Source of the DNA: an uncultured Nitrospiraceae bacterium
Lineage (GTDB): Bacteria; Nitrospirota; Thermodesulfovibrionia; Thermodesulfovibrionales; Dissulfurispiraceae
Assembly: GCA_963727805.1 (NCBI GenBank)
Contig: CAVSHF010000003.1
Coordinates: 480,001 to 544,000 of the forward strand
Reading direction: 5' to 3'
DNA length: 64,000 nt
Position numbers and translations under genes: made by a program. The notes under the pieces were generated by a model. That model was not told where the DNA came from, searched no databases, and saw only the letters and a list, made by a program, of their open reading frames with translations. Shown piece by piece: positions 19,992-29,179 of this stretch. The stretch's first letter is position 1; each line of letters starts with the position of its first letter.

Positions 19992-21797
19992 TTACTCCCT
20001 AGCAACGGATTTGAATTTGCAGACATCAAAGCACCCGCCGCATTTGACACACAATTCCTGATTGATCTCATGCGGCTTCTTCTTCTCCCCAGTTATCGCA
20101 GCCGAGGGACAGGCCCGCTTGCAGGCGCCGCACCCTGTACAAGTCTTTTCAAGTATCGAATATACGAGAAGATCCTTGCAAACCTTCGCGGGACATTTTT
20201 TGTCACGAATATGGGCTTCATACTCATCCCTGAAATAGTTAATCGTACTTAAAACCGGGTTGGGTGCTGTCTGCCCGAGACCGCAGAGAGAAGCGGATTT
20301 GATGTCTTTACTCAAGCCTTCGAGAAGTTCGATATCGCCCTCTCTCCCTTGTCCCTTGGTGATCCGCTCAAGAATTTCGAGGAGCCGTTTCGTGCCGATC
20401 CTGCACGGCACGCACTTACCACATGACTCCAGCTGCGTAAAAGCAAGGAAGTATTTTGCAATATTGACCATGCAATTGTCTTCGTCGAGGACTATCATTC
20501 CGCCCGAGCCGACGATCGATCCCACTTTTGCGAGGGATTCGTAGTCGACATTAATATCGAGCATGCTTGCAGGAATGCATCCACCTGAAGGTCCGCCGGT
20601 CTGGACCGCCTTGAGAGCCTTGCCGCCTTCGATGCCTCCGCCGATATCGTATATGATTTCTCTAAGTGTTATGCCCATTGGCACTTCGATAAGGCCGGTG
20701 TTCTTGACCTTTCCGGTCAATGCAAAAACCTTCGTACCTTTCGATTTTTCCGTGCCATAAGACGCATACCAAGCAGCGCCTTTGTTAAGAATGTAAGCAA
20801 TATTTGCCAAAGTCTCGACATTATTAATGACAGTCGGTTTGCCCCAGAGTCCACAGAAAACGGGGAAGGGTGGTTTAGGCCGAGGCATTCCACGCTGTCC
20901 TTCAATGGAGGCAATGAGGGCTGTTTCTTCTCCGCACACAAAGGCACCGGCGCCGAGTTTTAGTTTTATATCGAAATTGAAGCCGGTACCCATTATGTTC
21001 TTCCCGAGAAATCCTTTTCCTTTCGATTCTTTAATTGCCTGAGAAAGTCTTTCTACGGCAAGCGGATACTCGGCCCTGACATAAACATATCCCTTGTCGG
21101 CACCGATCGCGAAAGCACCAATAATCATACCCTCGACCACAGCATGGGGGTTGCCTTCCAGTACAGCCCTGTCCATAAAAGCTCCAGGGTCTCCTTCATC
21201 GGCATTACAGATGATATATTTCTGGGATGATGGTACTTTGCGGCATGTTTCCCATTTCACACCAGTCGGGAATCCTGCACCACCACGGCCTCTCAGACCA
21301 GAACGTGTCAGTTCATCAGTAATATCAGCAGGGCTCATTGTCTTAAGGGCCTTTTCAGTAGCCTTGTACCCACCGTTGGAAATATAGGACTCGAGGCTTT
21401 CCGGATCTACGATACCACAATCAGAGAGGACTACTTTGATCTGTTTCTTATAGAAATTATCATACTCTTCATCAGCCAGCCAATCTGAAACAGGCTTGCC
21501 GTTTATAATATGCTCATCGACAATACGCTCAACCATATCAGCTTTGACATACTGGTATGTTGTTTTTTTGTCATTAATGAATACATCCACAAGAACATCT
21601 TTTGAACATAAACCGAGGCAGCCGACCTTATGAGTAGAGCACCTATCTTTAATTTCTGCCGATATCTTGGCCTGGCCAAGGTGTTTCTCAAATGCCGAAA
21701 GCACCTCGCCACCTCCGGAGGCTATGCCACCCGGACCCATGCAAACTCTAATTGATAAATTTTGTATTGTTTCTTTAGGTATTGTTTTTTTAGGCAT
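19992..21797 (-). CDS. NuoF/HydB-like NADH- and FMN-binding subunit of the formate dehydrogenase complex
   Basis: SGLRGRGGAGFPTG, NADEGDPGAFMDR, GAGAFVCGEETALI, GGPSGG, ESCGKCVPCRIG, C-terminal 2x[4Fe-4S]. Confidence 0.92.
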   Translation of the reverse strand: MPKKTIPKETIQNLSIRVCMGPGGIASGGGEVLSAFEKHLGQAKISAEIKDRCSTHKVGCLGLCSKDVLVDVFINDKKTTYQYVKADMVERIVDEHIINGKPVSDWLADEEYDNFYKKQIKVVLSDCGIVDPESLESYISNGGYKATEKALKTMSPADITDELTRSGLRGRGGAGFPTGVKWETCRKVPSSQKYIICNADEGDPGAFMDRAVLEGNPHAVVEGMIIGAFAIGADKGYVYVRAEYPLAVERLSQAIKESKGKGFLGKNIMGTGFNFDIKLKLGAGAFVCGEETALIASIEGQRGMPRPKPPFPVFCGLWGKPTVINNVETLANIAYILNKGAAWYASYGTEKSKGTKVFALTGKVKNTGLIEVPMGITLREIIYDIGGGIEGGKALKAVQTGGPSGGCIPASMLDINVDYESLAKVGSIVGSGGMIVLDEDNCMVNIAKYFLAFTQLESCGKCVPCRIGTKRLLEILERITKGQGREGDIELLEGLSKDIKSASLCGLGQTAPNPVLSTINYFRDEYEAHIRDKKCPAKVCKDLLVYSILEKTCTGCGACKRACPSAAITGEKKKPHEINQELCVKCGGCFDVCKFKSVARE

Positions 21798-22266
21798 CGT
21801 CTTTTTTCAACTCTTTCTTGAGGGACCTGATCTCCCTGGTGAGTGCATCGGGGGTCGTTTTTCCTACCATTTTTCCGTTAACAACAACAACAGGCGCCAT
21901 GCTGCATGTGCCGAGGCAGGCAAGCTTTTCGACTGTAAACAGCCGATCTTCCGTGGTATCCTGATCTGTTTCGAGCTTTAGTTCTCTCTTAATGGCATTG
22001 ACCAGACGTTCGGCGCCCCTGACATGACAGGCCGTACCACAGCATGCTGTGATGATATTTTTACCTCTTGGTTTGAGATGAAACTGGGCGTAAAACGTGG
22101 CGATGCCAAAGAACCGGCTTGCCGGCACATCGAGCTCACTCGCATACCAGAATACCGCTTCGCGTGGGACATAACCGAAAGACTCTTGAGTGTCCTGCAG
22201 GAGGGTAATAAGATTGCCTTCGGATTCCTTATATTTCCTGAGTAGACCTGTTAGAATTTCTTGCAT
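21790..22266 (-). CDS. NuoE/HydC-like [2Fe-2S] subunit
   Basis: ATFYAQF, CCGTACHVRGA, ACLGTCSMAP. Confidence 0.92.
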   Translation of the reverse strand: MQEILTGLLRKYKESEGNLITLLQDTQESFGYVPREAVFWYASELDVPASRFFGIATFYAQFHLKPRGKNIITACCGTACHVRGAERLVNAIKRELKLETDQDTTEDRLFTVEKLACLGTCSMAPVVVVNGKMVGKTTPDALTREIRSLKKELKKDDA

Positions 22267-22647
22267 AGGACGAAATATAGCACATCCAGCACTTCGAAAT
22301 CAAAAAAAATTAATTAAATATTTTAATTTGATTATAATAAGGCACTTTCTGCATTGGATTCGCCATGGACAAGCGCGGCGCTGCCCCATGAGGCTTGATC
22401 AATCTCCTTATAATTGCATTATCGCAAAGTGATATTGATCATAACGATGCCAATTTGATTGTATCAAAGATGTTGTATGCACACACTTAAGAGTAGCAGT
22501 ATATCATCTGACAAAAGTTTAAAAGACCGAGCCATAAATTTTTATTATTGACGGCATCGTGATATAATGTTACTTCGTTTTTTACGTTAAAAATAGGACC
22601 TTGCGAACTGAAGAAAGGACCATCCAGGGTTTTGATCCCTGCTCTCT

Positions 22648-25137
22648 ATGAACCAGAACCTATCGACTACGCTCTGCAATAAGGCCTCTGAACTGATCAG
22701 GCAAGGGGATGACGGTTTCTCTCTCGTCGATCAATTGACGAAATCCGTGGACGATGTCGTTGTGTCTTCCTATGTGTCAACAATGCAAGACATTGCCTCT
22801 CCGGATTCTACCGAACTGGCCCTACTTTCGGTTGGAGGATACGGACGTAGGGAGATAATGCCGTATTCCGATGTCGATATCATGCTTCTCGCCAGAAGCG
22901 ATAATAAAAGTGTCAAAGAGGCGGCACAGGCCGTGCTTTACCGGCTGTGGGACCAGGGGCTTAACATCAGCCATTCATTCAGAACACTAAAGGGATGTGT
23001 CGATGAGGCAATGAGAGAGTTGCATACGCGCACTGCACTTCTGGACTGCCGTTTCCTTGCCGGAAATGAAGCGCTCTTCGACGAGTTTAAACGGGATGTA
23101 TATCAAAAACTTTTGTTCAAAGCTCAAAAGAACTTCACTGGGGAAGTAATCAGAGAAATCGATCGGAGACACAAGGCATCAGGTGATTCGCTTTATCTAC
23201 TGGAGCCCAACGTCAAGGAAGGCAGGGGTGGGCTAAGGGACGTTCATGCAATCTCGTGGCTCTCACGGTCTGAACTTAAGATCAGTACAATCGAGGGATA
23301 CGAGCAGTTTATGACGGCATCACAATTCAGGGAATTTCTTTCAGCATATCGATTTTTATTGAAAGTTCGTGCAGGCATTCATATCATTTCTGCGAGAAAG
23401 AACGATATCCTATCCGCCGAACTTCACGATGAAGTTGCTACTCTTCTTGGATTCAGGGACACCTCAAGATTCTTTGCCTCAGAAATCATGATGAGAATCT
23501 TATACCATCGGTCAAGGGCTGTAGTTGATGCCCTGGCGAAGGTAATCAACTTGTGCGGGAAGAGATATTTCCATTTTCCCGCACCGTTCATGGTTAGGAA
23601 GATTACAGACGACTTTTATCTGTCGAGAAATGAGATTATTGTAAAGAACCATGAGCTGTTCGCTGAACCTGCCAAGATAATCGAGGCATTTCATATCTAC
23701 TCTGTAACCGGAAAGGAGTTCAGTTATCAGGTTGAAGAACTGCTCAAGAGCCGAGCTTTTTTGATCACTAATCCGGACCTCACGTTACAACCGTCAGTTC
23801 ATTATTTCTGGGAAATCCTTAAGGGCGGAAGAGTCTTTGAAACACTCCGAAAAATGCATGATACCGGTGTTCTCGGCCGATTCATTCCTGAATTCGGCAG
23901 ACTGCGGCACCTCATTATCCTCGAATCTTTCCACAAGTATACGGTAGATGAGCATACTCTTCTCGCCATAAGAAATATAGAACGACTCAAGGATACAAGA
24001 CAGGCGAAACTCAAGTATCTTGCTGATATACTGAAGAAAGTAAAACAGGAAGTCCTCTACTTGGCGATACTCCTGCACGACATAGGAAAGGGAGTATCTA
24101 GGAAACATCAGGAGGCGGGCTACATAATAATTAAGGGCATTCTTGAACGGCTTCTTGTGGAACATGGAGATAGGCAGAAAATAGAGTTTCTTGTTGCAAA
24201 CCATATCTTTCTTGCGAAGCTTGCTATGACACGTGATGTCGATGCTCCAGAAACAGTTACCCAGCTTGCTGAGGCAGTCGGTGACGAGAAGAATCTTGAT
24301 GCTCTGTACCTGATGACCTATGCCGACATGAGTGCTGTAAATTCCTCATTCTGGAATGAGTGGAAGGCTTCGATACTGCATGAACTTTTTAGCAAGACGT
24401 GCGACCATCTCAAGGGGATTGCTCATGATCCTTATCTATTGCTTGATGACCGGCTCATGCTCTTTGCCCAGGAAATGCCGGAAAGATATCTGATATCAAC
24501 CACAGTTGACGAAATGCGTGCCGATTATGCATTGACTGAACAAGCGAAGAAAGAAAGCCCCGTCGTCTCTATTAAGGAAAGGGGCGACAGTACAGCGGAA
24601 ATCACAGTCGTTACATATGGAATGCCAAGGCTCTTCTCAAAGATTGTCGGGATTTTAAGTTCGCGCGGCCTGAACATCGTGCGCGCAAGACTCTTTACAG
24701 GGAAACAGGGAATGGTGGTTCGCAAAATCGTAGTATCGAACTGGGCACAGCTTTTCTGGGAGGGAATGGAAGCTAGTATCCTGGCAGATCTAAAAAAGGC
24801 GATTCTCCTCGATGAACTACTCATTCCCGAACCGACGGCATTCGGAGAAGCAAAAAACCCTGCGAAGCGGTTTGAGTTCTTTCTGGAGATCGAAAATGAG
24901 ACATCGGACCAGTATACGCTCCTCGAAGTTATGCTGCCCGATAAAATAGGACTTTTACATGCTATTACGATTCGTTTGTATATCTATAATATTGATATAC
25001 TATCGGCAGTGATCAATACCGATGACGGTACAGCCCATGACGTTTTTTATCTGCAGAAGCATGGCGGCAAACTTGGCCTTGAAGACTGTTTGCAGATACT
25101 GAATGGACTGCGAGCAGTCGAGACGGACGCCGTGTAG
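22648..25137 (+). CDS. glnD: [Protein-PII] uridylyltransferase/uridylyl-removing enzyme
   Basis: VGGYGRRE..PYSDVDI, EPNVKEGRGGLRD, HKYTVDEH, LLHDIGKG HD domain, two C-terminal ACT domains. Confidence 0.94.
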   Translation: MNQNLSTTLCNKASELIRQGDDGFSLVDQLTKSVDDVVVSSYVSTMQDIASPDSTELALLSVGGYGRREIMPYSDVDIMLLARSDNKSVKEAAQAVLYRLWDQGLNISHSFRTLKGCVDEAMRELHTRTALLDCRFLAGNEALFDEFKRDVYQKLLFKAQKNFTGEVIREIDRRHKASGDSLYLLEPNVKEGRGGLRDVHAISWLSRSELKISTIEGYEQFMTASQFREFLSAYRFLLKVRAGIHIISARKNDILSAELHDEVATLLGFRDTSRFFASEIMMRILYHRSRAVVDALAKVINLCGKRYFHFPAPFMVRKITDDFYLSRNEIIVKNHELFAEPAKIIEAFHIYSVTGKEFSYQVEELLKSRAFLITNPDLTLQPSVHYFWEILKGGRVFETLRKMHDTGVLGRFIPEFGRLRHLIILESFHKYTVDEHTLLAIRNIERLKDTRQAKLKYLADILKKVKQEVLYLAILLHDIGKGVSRKHQEAGYIIIKGILERLLVEHGDRQKIEFLVANHIFLAKLAMTRDVDAPETVTQLAEAVGDEKNLDALYLMTYADMSAVNSSFWNEWKASILHELFSKTCDHLKGIAHDPYLLLDDRLMLFAQEMPERYLISTTVDEMRADYALTEQAKKESPVVSIKERGDSTAEITVVTYGMPRLFSKIVGILSSRGLNIVRARLFTGKQGMVVRKIVVSNWAQLFWEGMEASILADLKKAILLDELLIPEPTAFGEAKNPAKRFEFFLEIENETSDQYTLLEVMLPDKIGLLHAITIRLYIYNIDILSAVINTDDGTAHDVFYLQKHGGKLGLEDCLQILNGLRAVETDAV

Positions 25138-25150
25138 GGAGTTTCTGACT

Positions 25151-28100
25151 TTGTTGATAAAGAAAAAGACAGCATACCTATCGATTTTTGTCTTTGTGGC
25201 GGGGCTCCTTTTCTTCGCCGCAAGAGGCCCCTATGTCTCGAATGCCCTGAAGAAGCTCATCCTGCCTGAACTCGAACTTATGACTGGTAGAAAGGTAATT
25301 GCGGGTAGGATTTATATCAATATTTTCCCATTGTTCGTTGAAATGAAGGATGTGACCGTTTTTGATGAAGAAGGGTCAAAGCTGCTTGATGTTGAGAGGG
25401 TCAAAGGATATGTGTCACTGACAGGCTTTTTCGCTAAAGAGATGGTCATCAAGAGACTCGTCATAAGAAATGTTGATACTCAGCTCAAAAAAGCGGAGAT
25501 TGAGGAGATTATTGAAAACGTAAAAAAGTATCTTGCTATAGAAAGAAAAGATGTTTTAAAGGTCACTATCCATTCGGTTGTCCTCGACAACGCGCACCTT
25601 AATCTGCACGATGGCGAAAAGAGTATCTCGACGAAGGGAACCGATGCGGAAGTTTTGCTGGTCGGAAAGCCTTCAGTCGCCATGTCCTTGCGGGAGATTA
25701 AAGTGATTATTCCCGGGATGCCGGTGTTGTCCGGCTCTGTGGAAACGCTCTTTACAATGCTGAAGGACACGATCGATATAAAAAGACTGAAAGTCGATGC
25801 CTACGGTTCAAAAATTATAAGCTCGGGTGGCATCGGCACGCGCCCTTTCTCTGGCGAACTTAAAGCAGAGACGGACCTGTTGTCAAACTCATTTAAAAAA
25901 TTATTTGGTCTTAAGAATAGGGGTGATGGCAGGATATCAATCTCCGGGATCGTGAAGGCGCGAAGCTTTATTGCACTTAAAGACATTTATCTTGATCTTA
26001 AACTGAAAGGGGACCTTTATCTCGAAACACTCATGGAACTATTGAAGGTAAAGGAACAACTTGAGGGGCACGTTACACTGAACGGTAATATTAAAGGAGT
26101 CCTGAATGACCTGCATGCGACTGTGAGCGCGAAACTTGAAAATGGTAATCTCTTTAGTGTGAAGCTTGAAAAGCTCGATTGTAATATCAATTACAAAGAC
26201 AAGGCGATGAAATTTACCGATGCTAGAGCTTCCCTTTATGGAGGCACCGCAACTGCTGAGGCCATGATTGCGCTTCCGGTAGTCAATTACTATAACTTCA
26301 AGGTACATGCGGAGAGGGTGAGCAGTAAGGGAGTTTTCGAATTAATCAAGTGGGATCCCGGCATTGCAGAAGGAAAGGTCGACGGTGAAATTGCCTCCGA
26401 AGGCAGCACCTTCAACCCGCACGGCAGTTTTTCATATAGGAGATCAGCTGTCGGCAAAGACGTTCTTGAGCGAATTACTGCAATTGATGGAAACTTCAAC
26501 ATGTCTGAAAATATCGTGTCTCTACCCAATTTGACCGTGTCAACTGGTGTTTCATCGGTCTCTGCAGGGGGATCGGTCAACCTTCAGAAAAATACGCTCC
26601 TTTTCCGAGGAAGTGGGACTACGTCAAATATATATGACCTTTCCTATCCTTATTTTACGGCATTATCTGGTCCAGGAATATTTACAGCTGTATTATCTGG
26701 AGTTACTGCAGATCCAATCCTCGACCTGCAAGTCAAATCGGGTGATATGAAATTCCTGTCAAGTAACATGAACATGCCAAATTTATTTCGAGCGCATATT
26801 GTCTCCTTCAGTAACATGGAAGCCTCTGTAAGTTATAAGAAAGATCTTCTCACGGTTAAGGAGTTCAATGCAGTATCATCCGGAATGACCATCAAAACGA
26901 GTGGGAAGATAAGCTTTGAAGGTGCTAAGCACCTTTTTGATATCATTTCTCCTCACCATGACTTACAAATCAGTTTTGATAAGGGAGACCTTAAGGAACT
27001 TGCAGCCCTGTTCCAGGGAGCACCGCCCTTGAAGGGGACTTTCAATACGAGTTTCAGCCTTATTGGCCCCGGAGAAAAGGCTAGAGCGGAAGGACCAGTC
27101 CACGCCTCGAACATTATTATTGCCGACCGGTATGCCCTAGACGTAGCCGATTCTGTCGTCTCATTTGAAAAGGGAGAGTTTAACATCAAATCCTTATCGT
27201 TGAAGAAAGGCCCAGTAATCCTGAATGCAAAGGGGATGGTTACTCTGGATAAACGGTATGTCGTTTCTGCATCAGCAAAGAACCTTGATATTTATGATTT
27301 AATTCCCGGTTTATGGCAGGACAAATTAAAAGAACGGAATGTTAAAACTCTTGATTTGAATGATGTTTCAATTAATGGAAAAGGCACTTTTGGAAATCCA
27401 TTCATCGAACTTGAAGGAACACTAAAATACCAGGATCCTGACAGAGAACAGTCATCAGGGTCGGGAAGGATAAGGGCTGAACTTCGAGGGGAAAATATTT
27501 CACTCACCGGAAGTTTTATGGACGGAAAGATCAAGCTTCAAAGCGCAGCAAAGATCGATGGTGCGATACCATGGCACGCTGATATAGAATTACTCTCGGC
27601 ACGTTCTGACTTCCTGATCGCCGGGTTTTTGAAAGATATACCTGAAGACCTGCTTATTAATCTAAAGGGAAATATTCGGCTTTGGGGTGACAGGAATACC
27701 ATCAATGGCTCGGTTGTGCTTGATAAGGCCTATATTTATGGATACGGCTACGGTTTTACAAACTACAGGCCAATAGAGATAAAACTTCAGGACATGGTGC
27801 TGTCAGTGCAATCGTTTGCGCTGAAAAGCGAAGCTGCTGAGGTTCAGCTGAAGGGAAACGTTCACATTGGAAAAAGCTTTAATTTAACTATTGAAGGGGC
27901 ATCGTCTCTCGGGCCACTCAGGGCGCTATCACGAAATATCGATGTCCTCAAGGGGGATGCATCCTTTTCTCTTGCTCTCTCCGGAGATTGGAACCGTCCG
28001 AGAATGGATGGTAAAATGGATATTGCCAACGGCGCTTTCGGACTTAAAAGCATACCGCAGAGGCTTACATCTGTAACCGCACATATATACGCCGATGAAG

Positions 28101-29149
28101 ACCGGATAATTATTGAAGAGGCGAAAGGTAAGATCTCGGGCGGGGACATAGTTTTTCATGGCACTGTGTACCTGGACCGTTTCTCCCTGAAAAGGTTTAT
28201 TGTCGAATCGAATTTGAGTAATGTCACAGTATCCGTGTCGAGAAATTTCTGGGTCAATTTTGACGGAAACGTTTCATATCAGGGATCTCTTCAAGCCCAA
28301 AACGCCACCGGTGATATCAACATAAAAAAGGCTCGCTACACAGAACGCCTAGATTGGAAGAGTTGGCTTCTGCAGGCACGCAAACAGGAACGCCCAAAAT
28401 TGGAAGCCTTTAAGTTTAGCCAGACTGGACTTAATATGCGGGTGAGCGGACAGAATCTTTCAATCGATAATAATGTGGCGAGGGCAACTATGAAGATGGA
28501 CCTGCTCCTGAGGGGTACCATTGGTCAGCCCGTTCTGCTCGGAAGATTCGAAACCATCAACGGTATCGTTTATTTCAGGAACAATGAATTTTCTCTCGTC
28601 AAGGGAGTCGTCGACTTCGCTAATCCTAATGAAATCAGTCCCTACTTTGACGTTCTTGCTGAGACCCGAATAAAAAATTACACCATAAGGTTCTCATTGG
28701 ACGGCTACATCGATCAATTCAATCTATCGCTTTCAGCGAGTCCCACACTCGAAGAAAGTGACATCTTCAGTCTTCTTGCTGTGGGAGATGTCGGTAAGAA
28801 TTTGAAGGGACTAGAGGGCGGTATCGGTGCTGCAGAAGCAACTTCATTTCTGACTGGCAAACTGCAGGATGTTGCAGAAGAGCGACTGAAGACTATAACT
28901 GGAGTCGACCGGCTCCAGATCGATCCATCTATTTCAAGGACTACAGGCACTGCATCTCCACGTGTAACTTTATCCAAAAGACTGATCGGAGAACGTCTTT
29001 ATGCAACATACAGTGCATCAGCTGATGTCAAGGATGGACAGATAATAAAATTGGAGTATCTGTTGAGTAAAACCACTTCTCTCGTCGGGGTGAGAGATTC
29101 GCAAGGCGGCATCGGTGCCGACATCAAATTCCGTTTCGAGTTCAAATAG
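25151..29149 (+). CDS. tamB: Translocation/assembly module TamB (AsmA-like, DUF490 C-terminus)
   Basis: N-terminal TM anchor, long beta-rich body, C-terminal GADIKFRFEFK; adjacent to an Omp85 gene; TTG start after AGGGAG inferred. Confidence 0.8.
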   Translation: MLIKKKTAYLSIFVFVAGLLFFAARGPYVSNALKKLILPELELMTGRKVIAGRIYINIFPLFVEMKDVTVFDEEGSKLLDVERVKGYVSLTGFFAKEMVIKRLVIRNVDTQLKKAEIEEIIENVKKYLAIERKDVLKVTIHSVVLDNAHLNLHDGEKSISTKGTDAEVLLVGKPSVAMSLREIKVIIPGMPVLSGSVETLFTMLKDTIDIKRLKVDAYGSKIISSGGIGTRPFSGELKAETDLLSNSFKKLFGLKNRGDGRISISGIVKARSFIALKDIYLDLKLKGDLYLETLMELLKVKEQLEGHVTLNGNIKGVLNDLHATVSAKLENGNLFSVKLEKLDCNINYKDKAMKFTDARASLYGGTATAEAMIALPVVNYYNFKVHAERVSSKGVFELIKWDPGIAEGKVDGEIASEGSTFNPHGSFSYRRSAVGKDVLERITAIDGNFNMSENIVSLPNLTVSTGVSSVSAGGSVNLQKNTLLFRGSGTTSNIYDLSYPYFTALSGPGIFTAVLSGVTADPILDLQVKSGDMKFLSSNMNMPNLFRAHIVSFSNMEASVSYKKDLLTVKEFNAVSSGMTIKTSGKISFEGAKHLFDIISPHHDLQISFDKGDLKELAALFQGAPPLKGTFNTSFSLIGPGEKARAEGPVHASNIIIADRYALDVADSVVSFEKGEFNIKSLSLKKGPVILNAKGMVTLDKRYVVSASAKNLDIYDLIPGLWQDKLKERNVKTLDLNDVSINGKGTFGNPFIELEGTLKYQDPDREQSSGSGRIRAELRGENISLTGSFMDGKIKLQSAAKIDGAIPWHADIELLSARSDFLIAGFLKDIPEDLLINLKGNIRLWGDRNTINGSVVLDKAYIYGYGYGFTNYRPIEIKLQDMVLSVQSFALKSEAAEVQLKGNVHIGKSFNLTIEGASSLGPLRALSRNIDVLKGDASFSLALSGDWNRPRMDGKMDIANGAFGLKSIPQRLTSVTAHIYADEDRIIIEEAKGKISGGDIVFHGTVYLDRFSLKRFIVESNLSNVTVSVSRNFWVNFDGNVSYQGSLQAQNATGDINIKKARYTERLDWKSWLLQARKQERPKLEAFKFSQTGLNMRVSGQNLSIDNNVARATMKMDLLLRGTIGQPVLLGRFETINGIVYFRNNEFSLVKGVVDFANPNEISPYFDVLAETRIKNYTIRFSLDGYIDQFNLSLSASPTLEESDIFSLLAVGDVGKNLKGLEGGIGAAEATSFLTGKLQDVAEERLKTITGVDRLQIDPSISRTTGTASPRVTLSKRLIGERLYATYSASADVKDGQIIKLEYLLSKTTSLVGVRDSQGGIGADIKFRFEFK

Positions 29150-29179
29150 GTGGATATGAGTAGGTATGTAGATGCTCGC

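Noticed and set aside
19992..22266. Respiratory complex I nuoEF
   Set aside because: No membrane nuo genes nearby; extra Fe-S domains and adjacency to fdhF indicate a soluble FDH diaphorase module
22350..22365. Sigma54 promoter TGGCGA-N5-ATGCA toward the FDH cluster
   Set aside because: GG-N10-GC spacing is right but both boxes deviate, and a sigma70-type promoter next to the ATG fits better
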